The notes: generated from the letters alone by a model not told the origin. A stretch of 64,000 bases of DNA from an uncultured virus (IMG/VR IMGVR_UViG_3300044858_005455) (IMGVR_UViG_3300044858_005455); one strand, 5' to 3'. Positions 1-9,200 are shown, counted from the stretch's first letter. A program made the numbers and translations.

Positions 1-805
1 TTTGAAAATAAGATGGATTAATTCCCATTACTGCTTCATATTGTTCCTGAGTTATTGGATATTTACCAATCGCAAAATTATTGATTTCCTGACTTGCTGG
101 TATTTCTATCATTTCAATAATTAAGTCATTGCACTCTTGTTGATAGTCAGCAAAATTCTCTGGTAATTTGAATTTAGGTTGTTTTTTAACCGCTGGTTTA
201 GGTTCTAGTTTAGTTTCTGGTTTATTTTGTTTTTCTAGTTTATAGACACGGACACATAATTGAGTTACGGTTTCACTTAAATCCGTTAATTGCTCAAATA
301 ATTGTTCATCTTCTCTTTTTAGCTTTTGATACTCCTCTTGCAGTTGTTTAATGTACTTGTAGAGATGTGTTTTTTCTGAAACAATACCGGCACTCTTAAA
401 AGCCAATGATTTTATTGACTCTTTTAGTTGCTTATTTTTTTGTTCTAGTTCATCAACTAATTTACTTAGGGTAGAAACTACAGGTTCACTTAACAACATA
501 TCGACATTGTTGTCAGATTCCTGATTTTCTGGCGTGTACTTGCAATGATCTAAATAGTCCCATAATCCATAAGGAAAAAGAAACTCTCGATCTTCTTCAC
601 TAAAATTTTCTAGAGCGTCAAAAAGCTTTTGAGCGTCATAATCTGCAATGGGCACCCCTTGCCCTTTGATAGTAATATAATCACCGTTATCGGTGACGTA
701 CAATATACCGTAGGCTCCCTTGAAATAGTTTCGGTTAATTTGATCGAGATTGTCTTTGATACTCTTGATAACTGTATCTCTTTCGTAAAAATTAATGGAA
801 GTCAT
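1..805 (-). CDS. Coiled-coil protein with C-terminal FGE-sulfatase (SUMF1/formylglycine-generating enzyme-like) domain; runs off the left edge
   Basis: Hand translation from ATG at 805 (MTSINFYERD...) is open to the window edge. It ends ...IEMIEIPASQEINNFAIGKYPITQEQYEAVMGINPSYFQ, the typical start of cyanobacterial FGE-sulfatase domains. Missing from the ORF track because there is no stop in the window. Confidence 0.8.
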   Translation of the reverse strand, partial: MTSINFYERDTVIKSIKDNLDQINRNYFKGAYGILYVTDNGDYITIKGQGVPIADYDAQKLFDALENFSEEDREFLFPYGLWDYLDHCKYTPENQESDNNVDMLLSEPVVSTLSKLVDELEQKNKQLKESIKSLAFKSAGIVSEKTHLYKYIKQLQEEYQKLKREDEQLFEQLTDLSETVTQLCVRVYKLEKQNKPETKLEPKPAVKKQPKFKLPENFADYQQECNDLIIEMIEIPASQEINNFAIGKYPITQEQYEAVMGINPSYFQ

Positions 806-1236
806 GATTCGTTGCCTCTGTTTGTTTTGCTTATATTTCCGATATATCCGATTCTCCCAATAAAGTCAACCATCTGGGAAAATTATTCCCGTTTTGACTT
901 AATTGCTTGTTACCAAATGCTGTAAAAGTGATAGCCACCTTTTATAGCCTCTACACTGAAATGGGCGTTATTGTGTTTGTAAGCATCGTATATCTCTTTC
1001 GCCGTCGGCAACTCTAGAGACAAATCAACTAAAGCCATCACGCTGTAGAGTGTGTCGTGGATACCGTGAGTTAACCTCCCGCAGGAACCATAACTAGCTC
1101 TGAAACATAGATAGTGGTGTAATCTAGAACGTCAGTCATGTTATGGCCGTGTTTTGTGTGAATAACCTTTGCTATAAAACTAGCCACGCATAGTTTTAGT
1201 TAGATGCTTGCCTGCCTAGTGCCTGCTTAATCCTGT

Positions 1237-1725
1237 ATGTGTAAATTACAATCAACGATGTCTCTTATGAGCCTACCAATTACTCTAGTAATCCCGGATT
1301 TGGGTCAGACCAGTTTAATAATAACAGATACGCCCAGCGACCTCATTGCTGTAGATGGAGGTAATCTATCAGAGGCCGCTAGCGCTATCGCTATACGTAA
1401 CAAGATAGGTAGTCTTCAAGGAGAAGAGCGGCTAAGTGCATTAGTGCTTAAAGATGTTCCTCCTGGCCCGCCTGGCCCGCCTCTATTAATTAAAGGTAAT
1501 CTTAATTCTGTAGGCAATCTGCCTACTAATCCCGCTATAGGGCATGGTTATTTAATTCAAGGTATTCTTTACACTTGGTCAGGTATAGAATGGATTAATG
1601 GCGGACAACTACAGGGTCCTATTGGGCTATCCGCTTATAAAGTGGCTGTTGATAATGGATTCACCGGCACCGAACAAGATTGGCTTAATAGCCTAAAACC
1701 TCAATGGATAATTACAAACTGGTAA
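1237..1725 (+). CDS. Collagen-like tail fibre-associated protein
   Basis: PPGPPGPP and the motif GLSAYKVAVDNGFTGTEQDWLNSLK, common in phage collagen-like fibre proteins. Confidence 0.6.
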   Translation: MCKLQSTMSLMSLPITLVIPDLGQTSLIITDTPSDLIAVDGGNLSEAASAIAIRNKIGSLQGEERLSALVLKDVPPGPPGPPLLIKGNLNSVGNLPTNPAIGHGYLIQGILYTWSGIEWINGGQLQGPIGLSAYKVAVDNGFTGTEQDWLNSLKPQWIITNW

Positions 1726-1728
1726 AAC

Positions 1729-2307
1729 ATGACCACAACCTTTAAGCCTTCTAAATTAACTGCAGTCCCATCGCTACCCTGCGACCCTAATGCTGTTTTT
1801 TTTGTTGCTCCGACATCAAAGCCGAATTATATTGAAATATATGTCTCGAATAACGCTGGGACTGCCCTAAAAAGATTGCTGACAGATGCCGATATTCAGG
1901 CATTAATCGATGCTTCAATTTCTGGGTTAGCTGGCGAAATGCCAATCGTGGCTGATATAGCAGCAAGAAATGCCTTGTCTCTTACTAAGAATACTCAGGT
2001 TCTAGTCTTAAACGCAACCGGAGATTCCACTGTGGCAAGCGGCGCAGCCACTTATCTCTACCGCGTTTCTACAACTTCTTGGATTAAATTAAGCGAAGCT
2101 GAATCGCTTGATTTAATTTTACAATGGGCTAATATTCAAGGGAAGCCCACTAGCTCTCCTACTGCTATTGATACTGCCGTAGGTAATTCCCACGTGCACA
2201 ATGGCAACTTGACCCAACTTAATAAAATAGGAGAAAATGCTGATGGACTTTTTACCTATAATAATGCCTTGCCCAAAATTGGCTGGGAGGGAACAATTGC
2301 ATGGTAG
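1729..2307 (+). CDS. Putative tail fibre/structural protein
   Basis: 192-aa ORF in a tight operon; VADIAARNAL...VLVLNATGD..V.SGAATY and W.NIQGKP motifs seen in phage fibre proteins. Confidence 0.5.
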   Translation: MTTTFKPSKLTAVPSLPCDPNAVFFVAPTSKPNYIEIYVSNNAGTALKRLLTDADIQALIDASISGLAGEMPIVADIAARNALSLTKNTQVLVLNATGDSTVASGAATYLYRVSTTSWIKLSEAESLDLILQWANIQGKPTSSPTAIDTAVGNSHVHNGNLTQLNKIGENADGLFTYNNALPKIGWEGTIAW

Positions 2308-2816
2308 TTTTTCACCCTGAAAAAGTAATAGGAGGCTTACCTTCTACTCTAACTCCCAATGCCGTTTATTTTGTCAGGGTAGGGAGTGGAATCATGATTT
2401 ATGTCGCCGATGCTACGGGAAGCGCGGCTTACTCTATAAATCAGGAGGCTGGGGGAAGTGTTGAAGATTCTTGGCCAATTACTATTTTTGCACTTACTGC
2501 GAATGATCCGCGATTAGAGGGTACTAATTTTCCAAAAATACTAACTTTACCTCCTTTTCCCACAGGAGTAACAATTAATAAAATCTCTGGACTAATCAAC
2601 TCCCTGAGTAGTGGGAGTGCCGTAATTTCTATTCAAAATGGCACGAATACTATAACAGGACTCGATAGCTTGAATTGCACTACTACGGTATTGGCCGATC
2701 AGTTAGCTACCGCTAATAACATTCTTAGCGCGGGCGGAAGATTAAGAATTAGTTTTACTTCGATTACAGGATTAATTAATATCAGTTTTCGCATAGATTA
2801 CACGGAGAATCCCTAA
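2301..2816 (+). CDS. Putative tail fibre-associated protein
   Basis: Overlaps its neighbours; the N-terminus (LPSTLTPNAVYFV) resembles that of the preceding ORF (VPSLPCDPNAVFFV). Confidence 0.45.
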   Translation: MVVFHPEKVIGGLPSTLTPNAVYFVRVGSGIMIYVADATGSAAYSINQEAGGSVEDSWPITIFALTANDPRLEGTNFPKILTLPPFPTGVTINKISGLINSLSSGSAVISIQNGTNTITGLDSLNCTTTVLADQLATANNILSAGGRLRISFTSITGLINISFRIDYTENP

Positions 2817-3997
2817 TGCTTCCACTGAACATTGATCCGATGCCAATCCCTAATCAGGTAATAAATCTTATCTCCAATTTACCTCCGATTACTACATCTG
2901 TGGCAGGGGGTCAAATATCCCCTGGTGCGTGGGGAAGTTCGAGTTTTACAATTGGCACCAACCCCTTTGTCCTTACATCAATCACTCTTCGGTTTGCACA
3001 AATCACTGCAGCTACTCCACCTAACAATTTATTTGTCCGTCTCTATAACGACAACTCTGGGAATCCCGGCAGTGAAATAACCAGTTTTACCTTTACTAAC
3101 CCTGGTTCCATTACTACCACTACCGCCAATAATATTTTTACCCTTTCCACTCCGCAAACATTAGCCGCTAATACTACTTTCTGGTTAGTCGTTGGAAGTG
3201 GCAGTGGACAATATGTATGGGCTTTAACTAACTCTGTTAACGAAACAGGGGAGTCTGGCTGGTCGATTGGAAACAATAGTTCCCTTTTTAGTAGCAATCA
3301 AGGAGGAACGTGGACTTCTTATAATAATCTCTATTTTCAATTTAGCATTAACGGGCAAAGTTATTCTCTTGTTACTGGTGATCCTTATCTTCCCAATACC
3401 TCCCTACTTTTGCACGCAGACGGAGCTAATAATAGTACCAATATTATCGATAGTAGTTCCAATCCTAAATTAATTGCGAGGTCTGAAAATGTCTCAATTA
3501 GCACAGATCAAAGTCGATTTGGTGGGAGCAGTATTTTAATTAATAGCGGCGTGGTTTCCTCTAGTTCCAGCCTTGATTTTGCATTTGGTAGTGAGGATTT
3601 TACTATCGAAGGGTGGATATATTTACTGACAATACCTAGTTTTGGATTCCCTGATCTTTTTAGGACTACTGACGATCTTCTTTATATCAATTTTCGTCAG
3701 AGTGGTATTTTTGCTATCACGACAGCTAGTGCTATTATAGCTTCGTCTCCTTCACCTGTTCCGCTTAATCAGTGGAGTTATTTCGCGGTAACAAGGAGCG
3801 GTTCTGTTTTTAGGGTTTGGCTGGATGGAGTTGGCGGTACGCCTGCTACAGCTAATCTTACTTTTGCATCTACAGCTACTGCAATAAGATTTGGCAACGG
3901 AAATGTGCCGTTACACGCCTATATTGATGAATACCGCATCACCAAAGGCGTTGCCCGCGAAATTACTTTACCTACAGCCCCATTTCCTGATCTATGA
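2816..3997 (+). CDS. Putative receptor-binding protein: choice-of-anchor-R-like beta domain plus LamG/concanavalin A-like domain
   Basis: FTIGTNPFVLTSITLRF..LYNDNSGNPGS N-terminal block; GDPYLPNTSLLLHADG, DFTIEGWIY, W.YFAVTRSG and YIDEYRITKGVAR LamG motifs. Confidence 0.7.
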   Translation: MLPLNIDPMPIPNQVINLISNLPPITTSVAGGQISPGAWGSSSFTIGTNPFVLTSITLRFAQITAATPPNNLFVRLYNDNSGNPGSEITSFTFTNPGSITTTTANNIFTLSTPQTLAANTTFWLVVGSGSGQYVWALTNSVNETGESGWSIGNNSSLFSSNQGGTWTSYNNLYFQFSINGQSYSLVTGDPYLPNTSLLLHADGANNSTNIIDSSSNPKLIARSENVSISTDQSRFGGSSILINSGVVSSSSSLDFAFGSEDFTIEGWIYLLTIPSFGFPDLFRTTDDLLYINFRQSGIFAITTASAIIASSPSPVPLNQWSYFAVTRSGSVFRVWLDGVGGTPATANLTFASTATAIRFGNGNVPLHAYIDEYRITKGVAREITLPTAPFPDL

Positions 3998-4126
3998 TTC
4001 AAAATCTTTATTATCACGTCTTTGGAACTGCTAGAGAAAAAGCTTAGATGGAACTTAAGATAATCCCACTATTGCAGTTAAAACTGTTTTAGATTTGATA
4101 AAATACAGTAAAGCCAAGAGGTAATT

Positions 4127-4294
4127 ATGTCAGATCTAAAAGCTTATGTCGTTTCCTGTTCTGATGACAATATTCGAGTTGTTAACATGACCGAATTGGA
4201 GGCTAAAGACGCTAAAATTAAGGCTTTAGAAGATAAAGTGTATGAGTTAGAAACTCATATTAAATTATTAACTGACGAGCTTGATAAAGCATAA
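4127..4294 (+). CDS. Small coiled-coil protein (55 aa)
   Basis: GAGGT RBS then MSDLKAYVVSC...IKALEDKVYELETHIKLLTDELDKA; below the ORF-track cutoff. Confidence 0.55.
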   Translation: MSDLKAYVVSCSDDNIRVVNMTELEAKDAKIKALEDKVYELETHIKLLTDELDKA

Positions 4295-4352
4295 AGAAAA
4301 GCGTACACTGGATTAGAGGACTAGTGGTACATTGATATTAACGGCGATATAT

Positions 4353-4384
4353 TAATAGCACACAAATTAACTTGTGTGCTATTA
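4353..4384. promoter_or_regulatory. Palindromic operator-like site, copy 1
   Basis: TAATAGCACACAA-N6-TTGTGTGCTATTA, 13-bp arms, upstream of ORF 4431. Confidence 0.6.
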
Positions 4385-4430
4385 TAATTATTTGTGGATT
4401 ATTAATTGATTTAATCTTTGGAGATTATTT

Positions 4431-4673
4431 GTGCTCAGAGAAAAACTTGCAGAATATGCCCACGAGGCTTGGTCAAGGTGGATGCGCTATCTCTTTTCAA
4501 AATCCATAGTAAATAGTGATGGCTCTGTAACAATACCCGCATCACTGGTAAAGAGGTGGGCCAGACAGATGGATACTGATTACCACATGCTTCCAGACAG
4601 CGAGCAGCAGAGTGATATTATAGAAGCAGATAAAATGCTTGATATAATGAGTACTAATCATACAGCCGCATAG
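4431..4673 (+). CDS. Hypothetical phage protein
   Basis: GGAG RBS, GTG start, 80 aa (HEAWSRWM...Y..LP..EQQSD). Confidence 0.7.
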   Translation: MLREKLAEYAHEAWSRWMRYLFSKSIVNSDGSVTIPASLVKRWARQMDTDYHMLPDSEQQSDIIEADKMLDIMSTNHTAA

Positions 4674-4704
4674 GAAGATTATAAAGTAACTATTTGTTTA
4701 ATTA

Positions 4705-4732
4705 ATAGCACACAAGCCAATTTGTGTGCTAT
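4705..4732. promoter_or_regulatory. Palindromic operator-like site, copy 2
   Basis: ATAGCACACAA-N6-TTGTGTGCTAT; same arms as copy 1, 350 bp downstream, upstream of ORF 4779. Confidence 0.6.
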
Positions 4733-4778
4733 CAATAGTTGTATGTTATTATTAGAATAATTACTTTAGGATTCAAAT

Positions 4779-5714
4779 ATGCCAGCTGCACTACCAGATT
4801 TATCTACGGCCATACTTAAGGAGTACCCTAATTGCGCGGGCCCTATACTAGATCAATTAGTTCATTGGGTTGATGAATACGAACTCACCTGGGTACCTGA
4901 TAGAGACGGTAAAGATGCTTACTTCTTAATGCCTGAAATAGCGCAAAGGCTTAAGATGTCGGTTAGCAATGTCAGGAACTTATTTAACCCTATTGTACGC
5001 GCCTGGGTAGATAAACCTGGTTTACCTAAACCACGTCTGATTAAGTTAGATGCTGTAGCTATTAAACCATTCCAAAGAGCACTATATACTTATTACGATG
5101 TCAATTATTATAATAATCACCTATGGGTATGTAATTGGACAGCGGCTTATGGGCGTATAGCTCTCTATAATAATATTAGGCTGGGCCCCACTCTCTCTCG
5201 CAATGTAGAGGGAAGTAAGACAACACCTGCACCACGAGCTATATCTATACGTAACGTAGGCCCCGCCTATAACTCTGAGCTTGAGATACAGATAGATCTA
5301 ATATTATTAGCTAGTTATACTACTAACCCCTTCACTAGGGAGTTAACTGTAATTAACACATTAGAGAGTCGGGCCCGCACTCGTCGCTTTGACCTATGCC
5401 GTTCTAGTAATGGTAATACACAGGTCATAGAGATTAAGATTAACCCTATTGACGTAGAGGACGTAGTATCTACTATAGCTGATAAGGGTTATATAGAACT
5501 AGCCACTAACCACTTCGGCACGCCAGTTGAGTTTATATTTGTGGGGCCCAGCATTACTCCTCAAGCACAACGTCTATTGCACGAGCCTGTTTCATTTATG
5601 ACTGTACGACAGTTGCGCGATATGTTATTCCAAGAAGCGCTAGATAACACTCCTTCTGAAGGTCACTGGTATATACATAAGTGCAAGGAGATGCTGCCTC
5701 GCCTATGGAGCTGA
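4779..5714 (+). CDS. Protein with C-terminal PD-(D/E)XK restriction-endonuclease-like domain
   Basis: SELEIQ...RRFDL...QVIEIK pattern followed by FIFVGPSI. Confidence 0.55.
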   Translation: MPAALPDLSTAILKEYPNCAGPILDQLVHWVDEYELTWVPDRDGKDAYFLMPEIAQRLKMSVSNVRNLFNPIVRAWVDKPGLPKPRLIKLDAVAIKPFQRALYTYYDVNYYNNHLWVCNWTAAYGRIALYNNIRLGPTLSRNVEGSKTTPAPRAISIRNVGPAYNSELEIQIDLILLASYTTNPFTRELTVINTLESRARTRRFDLCRSSNGNTQVIEIKINPIDVEDVVSTIADKGYIELATNHFGTPVEFIFVGPSITPQAQRLLHEPVSFMTVRQLRDMLFQEALDNTPSEGHWYIHKCKEMLPRLWS

Positions 5715-5800
5715 TTAGCTATTGATATACCTCCCTGTTGTCAGAGAGGTAATTGATAATAGACGTAGTTCATTAGGGCTTACTGTATGTAGTTGAGAGT

Positions 5801-6097
5801 GAGGCGGGCCCCTCGTGATATAATCGACTGACAGACAAGCTTCTCCCATTGCCACTTTTACCCTCTCCCTCTACCCCTATGGCAAAAAAACTATTCTTGA
5901 TTGCGGTCGACCCTGAATCCGATTTTGGTAAATCTCTTAAGTGGTTTCTTGAGGAAAATCAACAGGCCGACAAGGCTTTGTGCGTTGATGTTGATTGTGA
6001 TATGAATTTTGTTGCGTCCAAGAGTCAATCAATCTCCTTGCTTCCTTCGATTAAGGGGGTCTTCCTGTAATGCGGAGGCGGGCCCCCTCGTGATATA
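5801..6097 (+). repeat. 22/23-bp direct repeats flanking a single small gene
   Basis: GAGGCGGGCCCC(C)TCGTGATATA at 5801-5822 and 6075-6097; the first copy continues as an extended -10 element TGATATAAT. Confidence 0.8.
5879..6070 (+). CDS. Hypothetical protein (63 aa)
   Basis: ATG at 5879 (MAKKLFLIAVDP...) lies downstream of the TGnTATAAT at 5816-5824. Confidence 0.5.
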   Translation: MAKKLFLIAVDPESDFGKSLKWFLEENQQADKALCVDVDCDMNFVASKSQSISLLPSIKGVFL

Positions 6098-6106
6098 CTA
6101 CACTGT

Positions 6107-6397
6107 TTACCGTAGTAGTTTATTTGTATATGCCGTTGGCACTATTAGTGCTGTGGAGTCATTGGTATATACTAACTTATGCAATCTGATTATAAACCCA
6201 TCCTCGTGTTCTGTATACTGTAGCTTCAGTGTGTCGAACAGGTATCTCATCAGCTGGACACTGCGGGCCTCATTATTAGGTCACGTTACCATATCAATCT
6301 CTACGCTGATGATGTGTTTTGTGAGGCACGCGTACCTATTAATGTTGATATGCTCGTCTGGCGATGGATATAAAACGTAAGAGGTTAATACTTTCAT
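6107..6397 (-). pseudogene. 96-codon ORF interrupted by an in-frame TGA
   Basis: AAGGAG RBS, ATG at 6397 (MKVLTSYVLY...), TGA at codon 39 (6281-6283); the frame stays open for 57 further codons to TAA at 6107. Confidence 0.5.
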
Positions 6398-6450
6398 AGC
6401 TCTCCTTAGTATTATGGTATCTCTAATGGGGGGGGGCCTATATTACTGAA

Positions 6451-6523
6451 TGCAGGATAGCGGAATTGAACCGCTCTAAGCCGTCTTATGAGGACGGTGC
6501 CTCCACCTATCGGCCAATCCTGC
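6451..6523 (-). tRNA. tRNA with CAT anticodon (elongator Met or Ile2), no encoded CCA
   Basis: Reverse complement folds as a 73-nt cloverleaf: acceptor GCAGGAT/ATCCTGC, anticodon arm CCGTC-CTCATAA-GACGG, T-arm GGTTCAATTCC. Confidence 0.9.
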
Positions 6524-6851
6524 TTGGGGTGCGGCTCTAACTGGGGGGCCGCGTTATATTTAGTATGCCGTTACTTACCCTTTCTTATCAATCTATCTGT
6601 ATTCTTGTCCCAGGCTGCTACATAGAAGTGATGTAACAACCTGTGAAGCAAAATTACAAGGAAGATTAATCCACCAATCTGCGAAAGCAATAAAATCATT
6701 ATCTTCCTCCTGAGTTTAATTCTCGATAAGGTTTACTGTATGCAGGATAGTGGAGTCGGTTACATCATTCCACCTATCCTTATTATGGCGCGGGCCTCCT
6801 TATTATGGCGCGGGCCTTGTGTTATACACTACAAGTATTAAGTCTACAGTG

Positions 6852-7031
6852 TTATAGGCTAGAGTGTAACTCAACAGTCATGACTAGTACCCATACGACT
6901 GCTATGGCGTATATTAACGCGACAAGGCCACACTTAGCGCGGCGTTCTTCTACTTTAAAAATTAGATACATTAGAAACAACATTACGAACACAGTAAAGA
7001 CTGCATTTAATGCTAATACTGTTATTGACAT
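6852..7031 (-). CDS. Small membrane protein, paralog 1 (59 aa)
   Basis: AAGGAG RBS; MSITVLALNAVFTVFVMLFLMYLIFKVEE...GLVALIYAIAVVWV; two hydrophobic helices. Confidence 0.65.
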   Translation of the reverse strand: MSITVLALNAVFTVFVMLFLMYLIFKVEERRAKCGLVALIYAIAVVWVLVMTVELHSSL

Positions 7032-7131
7032 GCCTGTATCTCCTTAATAATTAAGTGCGGATTTCCTATTACTCACTCTTGTCCCACGCTGCTATATAGA
7101 AACATATCCTTATTATGACGCGGGCCTTGTG

Positions 7132-7347
7132 TTATAGCCTGGATGTAGAATAGTGTAACACTCTACTACATGTATCGCTGGTGGGCCCTCCATCAGACAT
7201 GATTGATACCCATACCACTGCTATGGCGCATATTAACGCGACAAGGCCCCACTTATTAGCGGGGGGCTCTACCTTAGGAATTAGATACATCAGGAACACT
7301 ATGTATACGGTAAAGATTGCATTTAATGCTAATACTGTTTTTGACAT
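7132..7347 (-). CDS. Small membrane protein, paralog 2 (71 aa)
   Basis: Same upstream block (CACTTAATTATTAAGGAGAT) and N-terminus MSKTVLAL. Confidence 0.65.
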   Translation of the reverse strand: MSKTVLALNAIFTVYIVFLMYLIPKVEPPANKWGLVALICAIAVVWVSIMSDGGPTSDTCSRVLHYSTSRL

Positions 7348-7349
7348 GC

Positions 7350-7499
7350 CTATATCTCCTTAATAATTAAGTGGCTACTCTCTTCACTACATGTATCGCT
7401 GGCGGGCTCTCCAGCAGATATTATTGATATCATCATATACATTAGAATCACTACGAACACAGTAAGGGTCACATATAAAGCTAATACTGTTTTTGACAT
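7350..7499 (-). CDS. Small membrane protein, paralog 3 (49 aa, internally deleted)
   Basis: Same upstream block; MSKTVLALYVTLTVFVVILMYMMISIISAGEPASDTCS... Confidence 0.55.
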   Translation of the reverse strand: MSKTVLALYVTLTVFVVILMYMMISIISAGEPASDTCSEESSHLIIKEI

Positions 7500-7901
7500 G
7501 CCTATATCTCCTTAATAATTAAGTGGCTACTCACTCTTGTCTATCTCTCTGCCTAGGTTTCGCTCGCATTTGGTAGCTTAATGTTTGTTTAAATATAGAT
7601 AAATACGGCGATATTTGCCGTATTTTCAACGCTGTATTAAAAACCCCAATTTTTATTGTTTAAATTGTTACATATTCTAACTGTATGTTATGGGCATATT
7701 TATCTGAGGTGAGAGAAGCTGTGGAATATTTAATTGATAAGTATAGCTTATCGATATACAATACTGTACTCTATACTAAGTGACGCTAGTATAGACTACA
7801 ATCAATAGTTAATAGATTTGTCTCAGGGGGTAGAATGGCACTCTGATGGTCATTGATAGGTTATGCTTATATGACGTTGTGGGTTTTGCTCTAACGCTGT
7901 A

Positions 7902-7974
7902 TGCAGAATAGCGGAATCGAACCACTTTAAGCCGTCTTATGAGGACGGTGCCTATACCAATCGGCCAATTCTGC
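7902..7974 (-). tRNA. Second tRNA with CAT anticodon, paralog of 6451-6523
   Basis: GCAGAATTGGCCGATTGGTATAGGCACCGTCCTCATAAGACGGCTTAAAGTGGTTCGATTCCGCTATTCTGCA; compensatory acceptor-stem change relative to copy 1. Confidence 0.9.
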
Positions 7975-8474
7975 TTGTTGGGAGGCCGTAGCTATGGTCT
8001 CATAGTCTATTATTTAGCAGTATACCTGCTGTGCTCCTATGGGGGCCCCGCTCGTGCTAAGGCCACTACTACGGGTTAGGGGCCCGCGGGCTTATCGCCC
8101 CTCATGTTGAGTTATTACTTGTTTGAGGGCCATGGATAGTGCGGGCCCGCAGTCTAACTCTACACGGTAGCTTATCACGCTATTGGCCTTGATCTTATCG
8201 TTCTTGAACCAATCATAACTGCGTTAGGCTCGAACTCACCGTATGCTTATACACTGGTATCCACTACGTAGCTCAGCGCTACACTTCCACAGTGAAATCA
8301 GTCTGGCCCGCGCATAGCAGTTGTGCGCCTTCTACACGATAGTATAAGGCACTGTTACTGTAATCGGCCGGGCCCACAACTATGCGCTGTAAGTCCTACA
8401 CAGTAGAACAAGTCTGAGTTAATGTGGCGCGTCTTGATATTTACGTTGTTTATGCTCAGGTTAATCATTGACGT

Positions 8475-8693
8475 TTATTTACTTAGAAGCTCTATTAGAT
8501 AATCAATGGAACGGATATTATATTCCTTATTCGAGCCCTTGGCCCGCCAGCGGTTACGCGTCGGATAGTAGTAGTAGAAGCGGCCCTTAACGTTGATGAG
8601 TAGAGACCCATTACCAACAGAGGACCATTTAATGCCGTGTTTATCTAGACATTCCTTAGCGTAATCAAACTCAGGGAAGTTTTCATTATTCAT
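8475..8693 (-). CDS. Small basic/aromatic protein, paralog A (72 aa)
   Basis: Start reassigned to MNNENF (ATG 8693) by alignment with the paralog at 9201-9440; YYYYP.RNRWRAKGSNKEYN. Confidence 0.75.
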   Translation of the reverse strand: MNNENFPEFDYAKECLDKHGIKWSSVGNGSLLINVKGRFYYYYPTRNRWRAKGSNKEYNIRSIDYLIELLSK

Positions 8694-8721
8694 GGGCTCA
8701 TCCACTTTAATTGATAGGGTA

Positions 8722-8750
8722 TTGACAGGGCGGGGGCCCTGTGCTATAAT
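8722..8750 (+). promoter_or_regulatory. Consensus sigma70 promoter
   Basis: TTGACA-17 nt-TATAAT with an extended TG; no ORF downstream. Confidence 0.85.
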
Positions 8751-8756
8751 ATACGC

Positions 8757-9180
8757 ATGTGTATAACACATCTGCAGACGTAAGGCGAAGCTTTATACTG
8801 CGTACGCCGTGCCCCTAACTCACGAGAGCACGAAGGGAATGAGGCCAGGACTGCCTCACTACCACCTGGGTACCCGACACCCACCTGCCATCGATAAGGT
8901 GATGATGGCAGGTAAGTCAAACGGCATACCGATAGGTATGTGGCCCCACACGGGGCGGAGGGGATGACCCCTTGCAGGCGGGAGGGGGCAGCGCACGCAG
9001 GTAATGAGAGCCACGGAGCAGCGACTGACTGGGGGAGGGACTCCCGTAAGGGAGTTAGACCTATCCTCTCCTCAGGATGACATATAAACCGCCCTTGGCG
9101 ATTCCCCCAATCGGGTGAAGCTGTTTATTAGACGCTGTAACCAATAATTTATTGGGCCGCCCCCGATAACGCGGGGTCCA
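8757..9180 (+). ncRNA. Candidate large structured non-coding RNA (~380-420 nt)
   Basis: ORF-free, GC-rich, directly downstream of a perfect promoter; many local hairpins and nested long-range stems (see findings). Confidence 0.65.
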
Positions 9181-9200
9181 CCACAGGCTCACAACAGGGC

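Noticed and set aside
629..925. Track ORF on the + strand
   Set aside because: Shadow of the longer - strand FGE-domain gene
8090..8468. Fragmented - strand ORF starting MINLSINNVNIKTRH
   Set aside because: Needs at least two frameshifts or stops; may be a decayed gene but cannot be supported without homology
8757..9180. tmRNA, RNase P or group I intron identity
   Set aside because: The expected conserved motifs (tRNA-like ends, GAGGAAAGUCC, P7 consensus) were not found by eye
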